Shown here in pieces: positions 44,163-55,849 of a stretch of DNA of 64,000 nucleotides. Below the pieces are notes generated by a model, which worked only from the letters and a program-made list of their open reading frames with translations, searched no databases and had not been told where the DNA came from. Position 1 is the first letter of the stretch, and the number at the start of each line of letters is the position of its first letter. The position numbers were made by a program, and so were the translations under genes. This DNA comes from Nitrospirota bacterium (lineage in GTDB: Bacteria > Nitrospirota > Thermodesulfovibrionia > Thermodesulfovibrionales > Dissulfurispiraceae): assembly GCA_963710375.1 (NCBI GenBank), contig CAVPZX010000005.1:416001-480000 (forward strand), given 5' to 3'.

Positions 44163-45776
44163 TCAGCAGAGTTGTTTGAAAAAGTCGTTTCCCTTATCAT
44201 CCACAAGGATGAAGGCCGGGAAGTCGACAACCTCTATCTTCCAGACCGCCTCCATACCGAGTTCAGGATAGTCGAGACATTCGACCTTTTTTATGTTCTT
44301 CGCAGCGAGGAGCGCAGCTGGGCCTCCTATCGAGCCAAGGTAGAAACCTCCATGTTTCTTGCAGGCATCGGTCACCTGCCGGCTTCGATTACCCTTCGCG
44401 ATCATTATCATGGAACCGCCATGCGACTGCAGTAATTCAACATAAGAGTCCATGCGGCCGGCAGTTGTGGGGCCAAAGGAACCGGACGGTTTGCCTGGCG
44501 GAGTCTTGGCCGGTCCCGCATAATAGACAGGATGCTTCTTCAGGTATTCCGGTATCTCTTCACCTTTTTCGATCAGCTCTTTGAACTTTGCATGAGCTAT
44601 ATCTCTGGCAACGACAAGTGTCCCTGTGAGAGACAATTGCGTGGTCACCGGGTATCTGGAGAGTTCAGCCAGCACATCAGCCATCGGCTTATTCAGGTCA
44701 ATCCTTATCACGCCATGTTCTCGTTTGCCACGGTATTTACCAGGGATTAGACGGCCAGGATCGCGTTCCAGCTCTTCCAGCCAGATACCGTCCCTGTTGA
44801 TCATTGCTTTTACATTGCGATCAGCGGAGCAGGAGACTCCCATGCCGATGGGACAAGATGCGCCGTGACGGGGCAGGCGAATGACACGCACATCAAGGGC
44901 AAAGTATTTGCCGCCGAACTGGGCGCCGTAACCGCATTTATAGGCGGCGTCAAGTATCCTCTTTTCCAATTCGATGTCTCGGAATGCATGACCGGACTTG
45001 TCTCCCTCGGCCGGAAGGTTGTCCAGGTATTTGGTAGTGGCGAGCTTGACGGTCTTCAAACATGCCTCTGCTGAAGTTCCGCCTATAACGAATGCCAGAT
45101 GGTATGGCGGACACGCGGCTGTGCCGAGGGTCTTCATTTTTTCGACGAGAAATTGCTCAAGACTTGCAGGGTTAAGGATAGCCTTGGTCTCCTGGTAAAG
45201 AGCGGTCTTGTTGGCTGAGCCCCCGCCTTTGGCTACAAACAGGAATTTGTATTCCATCCCTTCAACGGCATGGAGGTCTATCTGCGCAGGCAGGTTACAT
45301 CCCGAGTTGGCTTCGGCATACATGTTCAATGCAACCGTCTGAGAATATCGAAGATTATTTTCGGTGTATGTCTTGTAGACACCTTTTGAAAGATATGCCT
45401 CGTCATTAATGCCTGTCCAGACCTGCTGACCCTTCTTTCCGTAAATGGTAGCTGTACCCGTGTCCTGACAAAGGGGCAGCTCAAAACCGGCAGCCACTTC
45501 TGCATTCAGCAACATTGCAACGGCAACGCCGCGATCGTTGTCAGAAGCCTCGGGATCGGATAATATCGCCGCAACCTGCTCGAGGTGGGCAGGGCGCAAC
45601 AGGAACGATACGTCACGCATGGCCTTGTCGGCGAGAAAAACAAGGGCTTCCGGTGCTATGATCAATAGGTCTTTTTCTTCAAAGGATGATACTGAAACAT
45701 ACTCTTTGGTCAGAAGACGGTATTTTGTTGTGTCCGGTCCGAGCGGAAAGACATCATGGTATTCTTCAGTCGTCAT
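44163..45776 (-). CDS. fumA: Class I (Fe-S) fumarate hydratase
   Basis: [21 protein letters not shown]. Confidence 0.95.
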   Translation of the reverse strand: MTTEEYHDVFPLGPDTTKYRLLTKEYVSVSSFEEKDLLIIAPEALVFLADKAMRDVSFLLRPAHLEQVAAILSDPEASDNDRGVAVAMLLNAEVAAGFELPLCQDTGTATIYGKKGQQVWTGINDEAYLSKGVYKTYTENNLRYSQTVALNMYAEANSGCNLPAQIDLHAVEGMEYKFLFVAKGGGSANKTALYQETKAILNPASLEQFLVEKMKTLGTAACPPYHLAFVIGGTSAEACLKTVKLATTKYLDNLPAEGDKSGHAFRDIELEKRILDAAYKCGYGAQFGGKYFALDVRVIRLPRHGASCPIGMGVSCSADRNVKAMINRDGIWLEELERDPGRLIPGKYRGKREHGVIRIDLNKPMADVLAELSRYPVTTQLSLTGTLVVARDIAHAKFKELIEKGEEIPEYLKKHPVYYAGPAKTPPGKPSGSFGPTTAGRMDSYVELLQSHGGSMIMIAKGNRSRQVTDACKKHGGFYLGSIGGPAALLAAKNIKKVECLDYPELGMEAVWKIEVVDFPAFILVDDKGNDFFKQLC

Positions 45777-45958
45777 ATTTTCTCTTAACCACCTTTGTTC
45801 ACGTATTTCTCAGCGCCAGACAAAATTATAATCAATTCATTTGACTTTCGACAACAATAGGAAAGATAGAAAAAGACAACACCAATATTTTACAATGAAT
45901 GTTGAAGGAGTAGATACGCTGAAGGCTGGTCTCGGGCGACGGCGTATCCAATTTAATT

Positions 45959-46327
45959 ATGGATGCTTTTACCAAGATTGCGGAGCAGAGGATCAAGGAT
46001 GCTATCGACAACGGTGAGTTCGATAACCTCAGCGGCTCAGGCAAGCCTCTTTCGCTTGAAGATGAGAGCTGGATACCCGAAGATCTGAGGCTTGCCTACA
46101 GGATTCTGAAAAATAACGGTTTCCTGCCGCCGGAGTTGGAACTGAGGAACGAAATAATCAATCTCCGGAGATTTATTGACACAATTGATGACGATAAGGA
46201 GAGGGTAAAGAAACTCAGGGAACTGAACTTTAAAATTACAAAGCTTGGACTCATGAGGGGGAAGCCATGCCTCTTAGAACAATTTCCGGAATATGAGAGC
46301 AGGTTTTATGAGAAGGCGCTGAAGTAA
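45959..46327 (+). CDS. DUF1992 family protein
   Basis: IAEQRI...GEFDNLSGSGKPL...LKNNGFLPPE. Confidence 0.85.
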   Translation: MDAFTKIAEQRIKDAIDNGEFDNLSGSGKPLSLEDESWIPEDLRLAYRILKNNGFLPPELELRNEIINLRRFIDTIDDDKERVKKLRELNFKITKLGLMRGKPCLLEQFPEYESRFYEKALK

Positions 46328-46343
46328 AGAAGAAGGAGGGGGT

Positions 46344-46805
46344 ATGCATCTCTATCTTGTGCAGCATGCGGAAGCTAAAAAGGAAGAGGAAGATCCATTG
46401 AGATCGCTTACCGACAAAGGAACTCATGATATAAAAAAGGTAGCTTCCAATGTCGTCAAACTGAAACTAAAAGTCGCTAACATTTATCACAGCGGTAAAA
46501 CTAGGGCCTTACAAACCGCTCAGATACTGCACAAGAGTGTAGACTCTTCTGGTGGAATATCACAAACTGACGGATTATCGCCTATGGACGAACCAGGAGT
46601 TTGGGCAGAGCGATTGGGTTCAATAAAAGATAACATTATACTGGTTGGACATCTGCCCCATCTATCAAAACTTGCGTCACTTTTAGTTGCAGGGGATGAG
46701 GGAAAAGACGTAGTAAACGTTCAAAAGGCATCAATAGTCTGCCTCCAGCGATTTGACGATGGACATTGGGCGGTAGACTGGATGCTCACTCCTGAAATAT
46801 GCTGA
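46344..46805 (+). CDS. sixA: Phosphohistidine phosphatase SixA
   Basis: LVQHAEA, RALQTA, LVGHLP. Confidence 0.88.
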   Translation: MHLYLVQHAEAKKEEEDPLRSLTDKGTHDIKKVASNVVKLKLKVANIYHSGKTRALQTAQILHKSVDSSGGISQTDGLSPMDEPGVWAERLGSIKDNIILVGHLPHLSKLASLLVAGDEGKDVVNVQKASIVCLQRFDDGHWAVDWMLTPEIC

Positions 46806-49800
46806 AGACAAATCATCTTGCCGTTTCCCAACCTTACCGGACGATCAATAAAGTCAGATTTGTCACCGCCTCCAGCCTGTTCGACGGGCACGACGCTTCA
46901 ACCAACATTATCCGCCGGATTCTCCAGGCCTCGGGCGCCGAGGTAATCCATCTGGGGCACAACCGGTCCGCGGAAGAGATCGTTACCGCGGCGTTACAGG
47001 AAGATGTGCAGGGCGTCGCAGTGTCCTCGTACCAGGGTGGGCATATGGAATTCTTCAGATATATGTTGGATCTGCTTCGGGAGAGGGGCGGAGAGCACAT
47101 CCAGGTTTTTGGCGGAGGCGGCGGGGTGATCGTGCAAGACGAGATCCGCGAATTGCAGGCCTACGGTATCGCCCGCATTTATTCTCCTGAGGACGGCCAG
47201 ACCATGGGACTGCAGGGCATGGTCAACGAGATGCTCAGTCGATGCGACGCGGATGTCTCACAGTTCGCGCCCAACAGCCTCAAGTCCCTGGATACGGGCG
47301 ATCACGGGACGCTTGCCAGAGTCATCACCGCGCTTGAAAACAGGACCTATCCGGAACATCTGAACCGGGAAATCCAGCAGCGCTCCGGGTCGATGAGCAT
47401 TCCCGTGCTCGGCATAACCGGCACAGGGGGCTCAGGCAAAAGCTCACTCATTGACGAATTTATCCGCCGCATCCGGCTCGACCAGGACGACCGGCTCAAG
47501 ATCGCGGTGCTGGCGGTAGATCCCACGCGCAGGAGGACCGGCGGCGCTTTGCTCGGCGATCGTATCCGTATGAATGCGATCAGTCATCCCCATATCTACA
47601 TGCGTTCCCTCGCCACCCGCGGGTCCGGAACTGAAATATCGGCCGCGTTGCGCGATGTGATTGGGGCATGCCGGCTGTCTGGCTTCGACCTTATAATCGT
47701 CGAGACGCCGGGCATTGGCCAGGGTGATACCGGTATAGTGCCGCTGGTGGATGTCTCGCTCTATGTTATGACACCCGAGTTCGGCGCGGCAAGCCAGTTG
47801 GAGAAGATCGATATGCTGGACTTCGCCGATTTTGTCGCGATCAACAAATTCGACCGCAAGGGCGCGGAGGACGCACTGCGGGACGTGCGCAAGCAGGTCC
47901 AGCGCAACCGCCGGGCTTTTGAGCAGAGGCCGGAGGACATGCATGTCTTCGGCACTGTCTCTTCCCATTTCAACGACGAGGGCGTCACCGCGCTTTATCA
48001 GGCAGTCCTCCCAAAGCTCGTGGAGCATGGGCTTAAGCCCTATCCCGGCAGGCTTCCGAAGGCACGGGTCGGACTGTCCTCTACGATCAGCGTGATTGTG
48101 CCTCCGCATCGGGTCCACTACCTTGCCGAGATTGCGGATACGGTTCGAAACTATCACAGACACGTGCAGGAGCAAAGCCGTATCGCCCGCGAGCGACAGC
48201 AGTTACGGAGCGCTAGAAACGCCCTGGACAAGTGCGGTAAGGACGCTTCGGCGCTCGAAGAACTGATTTCGGCCAAGGACCTCCAGATCGATCCCCGCTC
48301 CAAAGAGATGCTCGAGTCGTGGCCGAAGACGCTTGAGACGTACGCTCAGGACGAGTACGTAATGAAGGTCCGAGACGAGGAGATCCGCACCTCGCTCAAT
48401 CATGTAACACTCTCCGGCACAAAGATCCCGAAGGTTTCGTTGCCGCGCTTCGAGGACGAGGGCGAGATACTCAAGTGGCTGATGCGCGAAAACCTGCCCG
48501 GCTCGTTCCCTTACACTGCCGGCGTTTTTGCATTCAAACGGGAAAATGAAGACCCAACCCGTATGTTCGCCGGAGAGGGCGATGCCTTCCGCACCAACTA
48601 CCGGTTCAAGAAACTCTCTGAGGGCATGCAGGCGGTACGTCTGTCCACTGCGTTCGATTCGGTAACGCTTTACGGGTGTGATCCGGACGAGCGCCCCGAC
48701 ATATACGGCAAAGTCGGCAACTCAGGCGTCTCGATTTCTACGCTGGATGACATGATGGTATTGTATTCAGGCTTCGACCTGTGCCACCCGGCATCCTCAG
48801 TGTCTATGACCATTAACGGCCCGGCGCCGATAATTCTCGCCATGTTCTTTAATACAGCGATTGACCAGGAGGTTGAGAAGTTCACTGGGGTGAATGGTCG
48901 CGAGCCGACCGAGGACGAGGCCCGTAAGATTAGGGCGTCGGTGCTGTCAAACGTGCGCGGCACTGTACAGGCGGACATCCTCAAAGAGGACCAGGGCCAG
49001 AACACCTGTATCTTCTCCATCGACTTCGCGCTCAAGATGATGGGCGACATCCAAGAATACTTCGTACATAACAACGTGCGGAACTTTTACTCGGTCTCGA
49101 TTTCCGGCTATCACATTGCCGAGGCCGGTGCGAACCCCATCTCTCAGCTTGCATTCACGTTGGCGAATGGCTTTACCTACGTGGAGACGTACCTGTCGCG
49201 CGGTATGCATATAGACGACTTTGCGCCCAACCTCTCGTTCTTCTTCTCCAACGGCATGGAGCCCGAGTACTCAGTCATAGGCCGCGTGGCGCGCCGCATA
49301 TGGGCCGTCGCGATGAAGGACCGCTACAGCGCGAACGAACGCTCACAGAAACTTAAGTATCATATCCAGACGTCAGGGCGCTCGCTTCACGCACAGGAGA
49401 TGGCCTTCAACGATATTCGCACTACCTTGCAGGCCATGATCGCTATTTATGACCACTGCAACTCGCTGCATACCAACGCTTATAATGAGGCGATCACCAC
49501 GCCCACCGAGGAATCAGTGCGCCGGGCCATGGCCATTCAGCTCATCCTCAATAGGGAATGGGGAATCGCAAAGAACGAGAACCCGAACCAGGGCTCTTTT
49601 ATCATCGAAGAGCTTACGGACCTGGTGGAGGAAGCGGTGCTCAAGGAGTTCGAGGCGATCAGTTCGCGCGGGGGCGTGCTGGGCGCAATGGAGACCGGTT
49701 ACCAGCGAGGCAAGATCCAGGAGGAGTCGCTGGACTACGAGACGAAGAAACACGACGGGTCTTATCCCATCGTAGGGGTGAACACCTTCCGCAATCCCGG

Positions 49801-50056
49801 CGATCAAGCCCTTCATGAAACAGCGGACCTTGCCCGGTTGACCGAGGAGGAAAAAAGGAGCCAGTTGCAAAGACTCAGGGAGTTTCACAACCGCCACGCG
49901 CAGGAAGCGCCGATGGCGCTGGCCATGCTTAAGCAAGCCGCAATCAACGGCGACAATATTTTCGGAGCTCTGATGGATGCGGTCCGCTGTTGTTCTCTGG
50001 GTCAGCTCACGCAGGCCCTATTCGAGGTAGGCGGACAGTATCGCCGTGGCATGTAA
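46799..50056 (+). CDS. icmF: Fused isobutyryl-CoA mutase/MeaB-type GTPase
   Basis: B12-binding [13 protein letters not shown] GTPase, mutase domain; 1085 aa. Confidence 0.93.
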   Translation: MLKTNHLAVSQPYRTINKVRFVTASSLFDGHDASTNIIRRILQASGAEVIHLGHNRSAEEIVTAALQEDVQGVAVSSYQGGHMEFFRYMLDLLRERGGEHIQVFGGGGGVIVQDEIRELQAYGIARIYSPEDGQTMGLQGMVNEMLSRCDADVSQFAPNSLKSLDTGDHGTLARVITALENRTYPEHLNREIQQRSGSMSIPVLGITGTGGSGKSSLIDEFIRRIRLDQDDRLKIAVLAVDPTRRRTGGALLGDRIRMNAISHPHIYMRSLATRGSGTEISAALRDVIGACRLSGFDLIIVETPGIGQGDTGIVPLVDVSLYVMTPEFGAASQLEKIDMLDFADFVAINKFDRKGAEDALRDVRKQVQRNRRAFEQRPEDMHVFGTVSSHFNDEGVTALYQAVLPKLVEHGLKPYPGRLPKARVGLSSTISVIVPPHRVHYLAEIADTVRNYHRHVQEQSRIARERQQLRSARNALDKCGKDASALEELISAKDLQIDPRSKEMLESWPKTLETYAQDEYVMKVRDEEIRTSLNHVTLSGTKIPKVSLPRFEDEGEILKWLMRENLPGSFPYTAGVFAFKRENEDPTRMFAGEGDAFRTNYRFKKLSEGMQAVRLSTAFDSVTLYGCDPDERPDIYGKVGNSGVSISTLDDMMVLYSGFDLCHPASSVSMTINGPAPIILAMFFNTAIDQEVEKFTGVNGREPTEDEARKIRASVLSNVRGTVQADILKEDQGQNTCIFSIDFALKMMGDIQEYFVHNNVRNFYSVSISGYHIAEAGANPISQLAFTLANGFTYVETYLSRGMHIDDFAPNLSFFFSNGMEPEYSVIGRVARRIWAVAMKDRYSANERSQKLKYHIQTSGRSLHAQEMAFNDIRTTLQAMIAIYDHCNSLHTNAYNEAITTPTEESVRRAMAIQLILNREWGIAKNENPNQGSFIIEELTDLVEEAVLKEFEAISSRGGVLGAMETGYQRGKIQEESLDYETKKHDGSYPIVGVNTFRNPGDQALHETADLARLTEEEKRSQLQRLREFHNRHAQEAPMALAMLKQAAINGDNIFGALMDAVRCCSLGQLTQALFEVGGQYRRGM

Positions 50057-50109
50057 ATAGGGACAGGTGTAAGTGGTAACTGGATTTTAGAGAATAAGGA
50101 GGAGGTTGT

Positions 50110-50751
50110 ATGAACGAGTTCGAATCCTGGCACAATGATGTGATCGGAAACAAGGCAGTAGCTGCTTTGGTCAAAAACAAATTCACCGCTACATATTGCA
50201 AGACCGGACCTGAAGCCGTGGAAAAAATTCTCGAACAGATACCGCCCAACTCATCCGTCGGAATAGGCGGCTCCTGGACAGTGATGCAACTGGGATTGCT
50301 GGATAAATTGGCAGCCCGAGGCAGCGAGGTGCTGAACCACGGGAAAGCTGGTTTGACCCCGGAGGAAGCAATGTCGATCCGCCGGCGGCAGTTGACATGT
50401 GATGTATTTCTTACCGGCACCAACGCAGTGACGCTTGACGGCAAACTGGTCAATACGGATGGGGTTGGAAACCGTGTAGCGTCGATGATTTTTGGTCCAA
50501 AGAAGGTAATTCTGGTTGTTGGAATCAATAAAATAGTCAAAGACGTGGAGGCGGCGGAAGCAAGGATTAAACTATATGCCGCACCCATCAATAACAAACG
50601 GTTGAAACTCCCCAATCCCTGCACCATAACAGGTGAATGCATGGATTGTGAGAGTGACACCCGGATCTGTAATGTTACTACCATTATGAAAAAGAAGCCA
50701 AAACTTACAGATGTCCATGTTTTCGTCGTCGGGGAGGAATTGGGGTTCTGA
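50110..50751 (+). CDS. LUD/LutC-family (lactate utilisation) protein
   Basis: GTNAVTLDGKLVNTDGVGNRV, PCTITGECMDC. Confidence 0.85.
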   Translation: MNEFESWHNDVIGNKAVAALVKNKFTATYCKTGPEAVEKILEQIPPNSSVGIGGSWTVMQLGLLDKLAARGSEVLNHGKAGLTPEEAMSIRRRQLTCDVFLTGTNAVTLDGKLVNTDGVGNRVASMIFGPKKVILVVGINKIVKDVEAAEARIKLYAAPINNKRLKLPNPCTITGECMDCESDTRICNVTTIMKKKPKLTDVHVFVVGEELGF

Positions 50752-50862
50752 TTCGGCAGCAAAAGGAGTCGCAGAAGCCGGATAGAACAAAAACGAATCG
50801 GTTTTTTAAACAGGAAGCGATTTATATTTAAACACACTAAAAAAACATTAAGAGGAGAGAAA

Positions 50863-51051
50863 ATGCCGATAGTTCAGATTGATTTTTTAGAGGGTCGTTC
50901 TATAGAGCAAAAGCGGGAACTGGCGAAAAGAGTAACTCAAGCTGTCTGCGAGACTGCGAAATGCCCTCCGGAAGCTGTTACCATCCTTCTGCGGGAATTG
51001 CCTGCAACTAATATTGCCAAAGCAGGCACTCTGATAAGCGACAAGCAATAA
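50863..51051 (+). CDS. 4-oxalocrotonate tautomerase family protein
   Basis: N-terminal Pro, EGRSIEQK. Confidence 0.9.
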   Translation: MPIVQIDFLEGRSIEQKRELAKRVTQAVCETAKCPPEAVTILLRELPATNIAKAGTLISDKQ

Positions 51052-51052
51052 G

Positions 51053-51086
51053 AAAAGCCCATTCCAGTTCTGGAATGGGCTTTTAC
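51053..51086 (+). terminator. Rho-independent terminator
   Basis: AAAAGCCCATTCCAG-TT-CTGGAATGGGCTTTT. Confidence 0.85.
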
Positions 51087-51217
51087 CTTTAAATAACAAC
51101 GTGTTGTGATATCCCCATCGGGGTCGATTTTGAGCCCCGATAAAGTCTCAAAGTGGGTTAAATCTCCCTGTCAACCTCAGAGTGAGGAATAAAGCGCATC
51201 GGGGATTGTTGAGGGAA

Positions 51218-51265
51218 TTAATCAAAACTTAACCATCCTGCAATACTATTTAACACTCCTGCAAT
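51218..51265 (+). promoter_or_regulatory. Pho-box-like array
   Basis: TTAAT/TTAAC/GCAAT/TTAAC/GCAAT at 10-11 bp spacing. Confidence 0.5.
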
Positions 51266-51353
51266 ACTGTTGAAATAATGCCTGTGCCATCATATTAGTG
51301 GAAGCTTAAAGCCAATGAAACCTGCGTAGACCAAATTTATAAAGAAGAGCGCC

Positions 51354-51677
51354 GTGATAAATAATTTCAAAACTGATAGAACTATTAGAACCGGAGTTAA
51401 GAAGAGAGCATTAGCCTCACAGATTAAAGGACTTGCAGAAGCAATATTGCTACAGTTATTGGAAGATTTGTGGATCGATAAAGAAAGATCACGCTGCATG
51501 GACTTTTTTATAGGAGAAGGATTTAGTATCTGTTCCGAAATCGCCGGGATGAGTTCTGATGATAAGGTAAAAATACTGAGTATTGTCGAAGATATTATTT
51601 ATCAAAATTCAGGGAAAGACAAAAAAGTTAGAGGTATAAGAGCTGAGCGTGGTGAGGGTTATGAACTTGTGCAATGA
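51354..51677 (+). CDS. Hypothetical protein
   Basis: 107-aa ORF upstream of a Cys4 gene. Confidence 0.55.
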   Translation: MINNFKTDRTIRTGVKKRALASQIKGLAEAILLQLLEDLWIDKERSRCMDFFIGEGFSICSEIAGMSSDDKVKILSIVEDIIYQNSGKDKKVRGIRAERGEGYELVQ

Positions 51678-51703
51678 AATAATAAACAGTTCGGAGGTGT
51701 AAG

Positions 51704-51901
51704 ATGGCTTGTCCGTTTTTCAAAGAGGCTTATGTAGGGTATTGCAGTGCATGTGATTTTCCTTATACTCCCAGCATTATTGAACTCGAACAACAGTGTC
51801 TTAAAGACAGTATCGAGTTTTGTGTACACTTTAATAGGCTTCATTCAATGGCTCAAATTGCAACGCTAATGTCACGTAGTTATTCAGAGTCTAATAATTG
51901 A
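51704..51901 (+). CDS. Small Cys4 protein (C-x10-C-x17-C-x7-C)
   Basis: MACPFF...PYTPSIIELEQQC; GGAGGT SD; aligns with 17910-18098. Confidence 0.75.
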   Translation: MACPFFKEAYVGYCSACDFPYTPSIIELEQQCLKDSIEFCVHFNRLHSMAQIATLMSRSYSESNN

Positions 51902-52000
51902 ACAAACATTGACCGGAAAATCTCCCCTCACTCTTAGGAGCAGTTTTAATCACGAAAACGAGAAAGCTAAACTTTGGGAGTAATTTTTTTGGAGGTATCG

Positions 52001-52327
52001 ATGAAAAAAGCAATATTTATGGTCATCGTAGTAGCAGCACTATTTGCAGGCCCTACATATTCCTTTGCCGATGATTCAGCATCGGATTCTTTTCTCGCTG
52101 ACTTAGCCCTGCTGGTCCCTGAGGCTTATGATTTGACGGTTGATTATGTTGCCCATATATCCTGCGGGACAGTAAACGCCAGGGACATGAACGTCGATGA
52201 GTTGCAGGGTCTCTTTTCCGAAAGACAGTTCAGCCAATTCCTCGTCCTTAAATTAAAAGGGGATGCCGGCCAGGAATACCAGACAAAGCTAAATGCGCTG
52301 TGCAGAACAAATGTTGCGAAGAACTAG
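52001..52327 (+). CDS. Exported hypothetical protein
   Basis: Signal peptide MKKAIF...SFA; GGAGG SD. Confidence 0.65.
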   Translation: MKKAIFMVIVVAALFAGPTYSFADDSASDSFLADLALLVPEAYDLTVDYVAHISCGTVNARDMNVDELQGLFSERQFSQFLVLKLKGDAGQEYQTKLNALCRTNVAKN

Positions 52328-52475
52328 AATCTTGGCCGTCAATAGATAGTAAATGGCGGAGCAGGGAGACTAATTCCTTGTAACAAGCAAAACTTTCAAA
52401 GTGCTATAATTATATGTAGAATGAATAAAAATCATAAGCGATATAGATGAAAATTTAGGCCTATAAGGGGATTAT

Positions 52476-52763
52476 ATGGATAATCAAGAGGCTTATCAGA
52501 AAGCTAAGAAAAAAGTAGAGGCTAAACTCAGTTTCTACGTCCATCTGGCAGTTTATATCGTGGTAAATGCTCTCCTTGTTTTAGTGAACATTGCTACAAC
52601 TCCTAAGTACCTCTGGTTCCCATGGCCTCTATTTGGATGGGGGATCGGATTGTTTTTTCATGGCATGGGAGTCTTCTTCTTTTCCGAAGGATCACGCATA
52701 AAAGAACGAATGATTGAGAAAGAGATGAAGAGGAATAATCTCGGCAATAGAGACGAACACTGA
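52476..52763 (+). CDS. 2TM domain protein
   Basis: FYVHLAVY...WFPWPLFGWGIGLFFH. Confidence 0.85.
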   Translation: MDNQEAYQKAKKKVEAKLSFYVHLAVYIVVNALLVLVNIATTPKYLWFPWPLFGWGIGLFFHGMGVFFFSEGSRIKERMIEKEMKRNNLGNRDEH

Positions 52764-52939
52764 GAATGATGAGTCAAAAACATAAATACTATTGCCAGCA
52801 TCATCTGGATTGAGTTAAGCGTAACATGTCGCCCGATTTTGCCGAAACAAGTAGTGTGACTGGGACCATATCTTTGCCGTCAGCGGAACCAAAACCTTGC
52901 CGAAAGTATCAAAGCCTGAGCTAGATAATGGATACCAAT

Positions 52940-53593
52940 CTATTTGTCGGTAATCTTCTTTAGAATCTCCAACGTTCTTTGCGGGTCGGCTCTAACAGTG
53001 TAATCCGGGTCCGCATCTACACTGCGAATGATGCCCTGCTGGTCGATGATTATTCTGGCGGGCATGGGTAAAGTCCATGTATCATCACCATTCACTTTTG
53101 GCAGATCAACACCAAATCCACCATATATGATTCGCAATTCATTCGGTAGTGTAAAGGTCAATCCATACTGAGACGCAACCTTGTTACCATAATCGTGCAA
53201 CAGGTCAAAGGAAAGACCAAGCTTTTCTGACATCTTTTTCAGGTACAATCCGCGTTGAGGCGATATTGCGACCAATGAAGCGCCAAGCTGCTTAATATCA
53301 GAGAAAACCTCTTCCAGAGCTTCCAGCTCCAGATTGCAGTAAGGTCACCAGGAACCACGATAAAAACTAACCACCACACTGCCATGCGTCATTAATTCTG
53401 CCAAAGTGATGATTTTCCCATCTGAATTGGGAAGCTCAAAGTCAGGGGCATGACTACCAGGTCTCAGAACTCTCTCCATAATGCCGGATCTGCGAAGCTC
53501 CTCGGTTGCTTGATGCATCGCGGCCAGAGTTTCCTTCGGTACTTTGGCGACGAAATTATTTTTGTATTCGTCTAGCTTGTCCTGTAAGCTCAT
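52940..53593 (-). CDS. Peroxiredoxin-like (AhpC/TSA) selenoprotein with UxxC
   Basis: Two track ORFs are in frame across TGA 53345-53347: FYRGSW-U-PYCNLEL; stem-loop 3' of the UGA. Confidence 0.88.
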
Positions 53594-53847
53594 CGCATCC
53601 TCCTTTTTTATATTGCGGGTCAGCACCCAATGACAATTTTTTTTGGCTTCGAACACGTAACCGACGTCTGACGACTGCAAACAATCGAAATTAATGTTTC
53701 TCTGGCCTTTGATGAAAGCCCCAAACTCTCTTATTATAAGCGGTCTGATAGACTATATTGTGTTGTTGCCAGACGCATGGGGACAGAAGCTTTTTTTGAT
53801 AACCGCTTATCCTAGGATAAGGTCAAAAAAACAATGTTTGCCCCCTC

Positions 53848-54207
53848 TTACATGCCTGGTTTTGGCTGCCAGAGTCCGAAGGCAGCGCCGGTCGGATCTA
53901 AAATTACGCTGAACCAACCCATGCCCGGGACCTCGGTGACATCCTTAGCAATTGTGGCTCCGAGGGACTGTGCCTTTTTTGTCGAGGCTGCAACGTCATC
54001 AACCAAGATATACGGAAGCCAATTGTCCGGAATACCGGGCATAGGTTTTTTCATTATACCTCCGCCCGTTCCTTCCCCGACTTTGATGATCGTGTATTCC
54101 ATGTCCGGAATGTCTTCCAACTTCCAGTCGAACATGGCTGTATAGAACTTCTTAGACTTCTCAACGTCCTGCGTCTCCAATTCTACGTGAACAAACGGAT
54201 TTGCCAT
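53848..54207 (-). CDS. VOC/glyoxalase family protein
   Basis: FVHVEL...DPTGAAFGLWQ. Confidence 0.9.
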   Translation of the reverse strand: MANPFVHVELETQDVEKSKKFYTAMFDWKLEDIPDMEYTIIKVGEGTGGGIMKKPMPGIPDNWLPYILVDDVAASTKKAQSLGATIAKDVTEVPGMGWFSVILDPTGAAFGLWQPKPGM

Positions 54208-54222
54208 AGTTTACCTCCTAAC

Positions 54223-55131
54223 TCAAGTACGATTTTTTATGAAAGTGCCTTTTCCAAACTCCTCAAATGCTATTTGCAGTTCTTCTTGTGTGTTCATGAC
54301 GATGGGACCATACCATGCGACAGGTTCGCCGATCGGCCTGCCGGAAATAAGGAGAAAGCGCACCGATGAATCCTCCGCCTCGATTGTAACTTCATCTCCA
54401 TCTCGCTCGTAAAGTACAATGGTCTCTGCGCTGAACTTGCATTCTCTCTTGAAGTCGAAATAATTATTGCCTATAACTTCATGCGCGAAAGGGTTTCTCT
54501 CTTTGTCAAAATACGCGCTTCCCTCGATTACATAAGCAAATACTGTATGACCCGAAGGGACTGCATGCGTAAAAGTCGTCTTTGCCGGCACCAACACGTC
54601 AATATATTCGGGTTCAGTGACAATGTCCGTAACAGGACCGATGGCGCCGTCAACGGCACCGCAGATGATTTTGATTGCTGCTCCGGAAGCCAGTTTTTTC
54701 TCTGGAATCTGAACACGTTTCACCTCACGGTACCGTGGATCCATCATCTTGAAACTTGAAGGGAGATTTGCCCAGAGCTGGAATCCCCAGAGCACATTAT
54801 CCTTATCCCCTTTCGGCATCTCCTGATGGATGATGCCGCTTCCTGCTGTCATCCATTGGACATCTCCGGGTGATATGATTCCGCTGTTTCCCATGCTGTC
54901 ACCATGTTCGACCTTGCCTTGAAGCACATACGTGATGGTCTCGATTCCCCGGTGGGGATGCCAGGGAAATCCGGGGAGGTAGTGGCCAGGGTTGTCGGAA
55001 TGGAAATCGTCAAGAAGCAAGAAGGGATCGAGCTGCGGCACCTGATTGTTGCCAAAGGCACGTTTCAGATGGACGCCTGCCCCTTCAGTCGTAGGCCTGC
55101 TTTTCCACACCTTTTTTATCTTTCGAACCAT
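54223..55131 (-). CDS. Pirin family protein
   Basis: DPFLLLD, HPHRGIETITY, AGSGIIHQE. Confidence 0.93.
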   Translation of the reverse strand: MVRKIKKVWKSRPTTEGAGVHLKRAFGNNQVPQLDPFLLLDDFHSDNPGHYLPGFPWHPHRGIETITYVLQGKVEHGDSMGNSGIISPGDVQWMTAGSGIIHQEMPKGDKDNVLWGFQLWANLPSSFKMMDPRYREVKRVQIPEKKLASGAAIKIICGAVDGAIGPVTDIVTEPEYIDVLVPAKTTFTHAVPSGHTVFAYVIEGSAYFDKERNPFAHEVIGNNYFDFKRECKFSAETIVLYERDGDEVTIEAEDSSVRFLLISGRPIGEPVAWYGPIVMNTQEELQIAFEEFGKGTFIKNRT

Positions 55132-55307
55132 AGCGAAGCCCTCCTTAAGAAAATGCTGATATTTTTCTTAAAGTGTAGCAGTTTTCAGGAATACATCAAG
55201 TCGCAGGATATGTGGCTGCCGGGACAAACATTAATTCGGAGCTGAATGCTACAATATTATAAGTTACAGGCTAAACCGGTAATGCGCGGTTTCTCAACAA
55301 AAAGAGT

Positions 55308-55327
55308 ATGGCGGTGCAGGGAAGCGA
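55308..55327 (-). repeat. Degenerate copy of the tRNA-Met 3' end (att remnant)
   Basis: ATGGCGGTGCAGGGAAgCGA matches 63533-63552 at 19/20. Confidence 0.7.
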
Positions 55328-55509
55328 CTGTACTCGTTCCACTTTTCTCAAACTCACTGTAACACGTTGCTTTTTCTGCCACAAGCGCTCTTTCCGCCTG
55401 AACGCGCGCTCAATTTTGTGTCACAGTTTACGTCCCAGTTTACACGGCCAAACATAGCCCTGTCAAACCCCAGTTGATAAATCAGGTGGCCTATTGTAGG
55501 ATTATAACC

Positions 55510-55849
55510 GTGAACTGGATAGAGAAAATACGACATGGGTTTGAATCAAACGCAGTCTTTTATACCAGACATGCCAAGATAGAAATGGAGACGGAAGAAT
55601 TCGGGCGGATATTGGATGCGGATATTGGATAATGAGGTGTACGAAGCCGTCTGCGGTGGAGAAGTTATTGAGGAATACCCCGAGGATACACCATATCCAA
55701 GTGTCTTGATATTCGGGAAAACATTGATAGCTCGACCTTTGCATATAGTTTGTGCGTATAATAAAGAAGATAGTATGGCGATAGTAATAACTGTCTACCA
55801 GCCCAACCCTGAGTTGTGGATGGAATACAAGAGGAGAAAAGAGCCATGA
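55510..55849 (+). pseudogene. DUF4258-like putative toxin frameshifted by a 13-bp tandem duplication
   Basis: GCGGATATTGGAT twice at 55605-55630; removing one copy joins YTRHA...EFGRILD to NEVYEAV...YPSVLI. Confidence 0.75.

Noticed and set aside
50007..50837. Long antisense ORFs (also 21853-22626, 40742-41422, 47444-48175)
   Set aside because: Shadows of well-supported genes on the opposite strand with no motifs of their own
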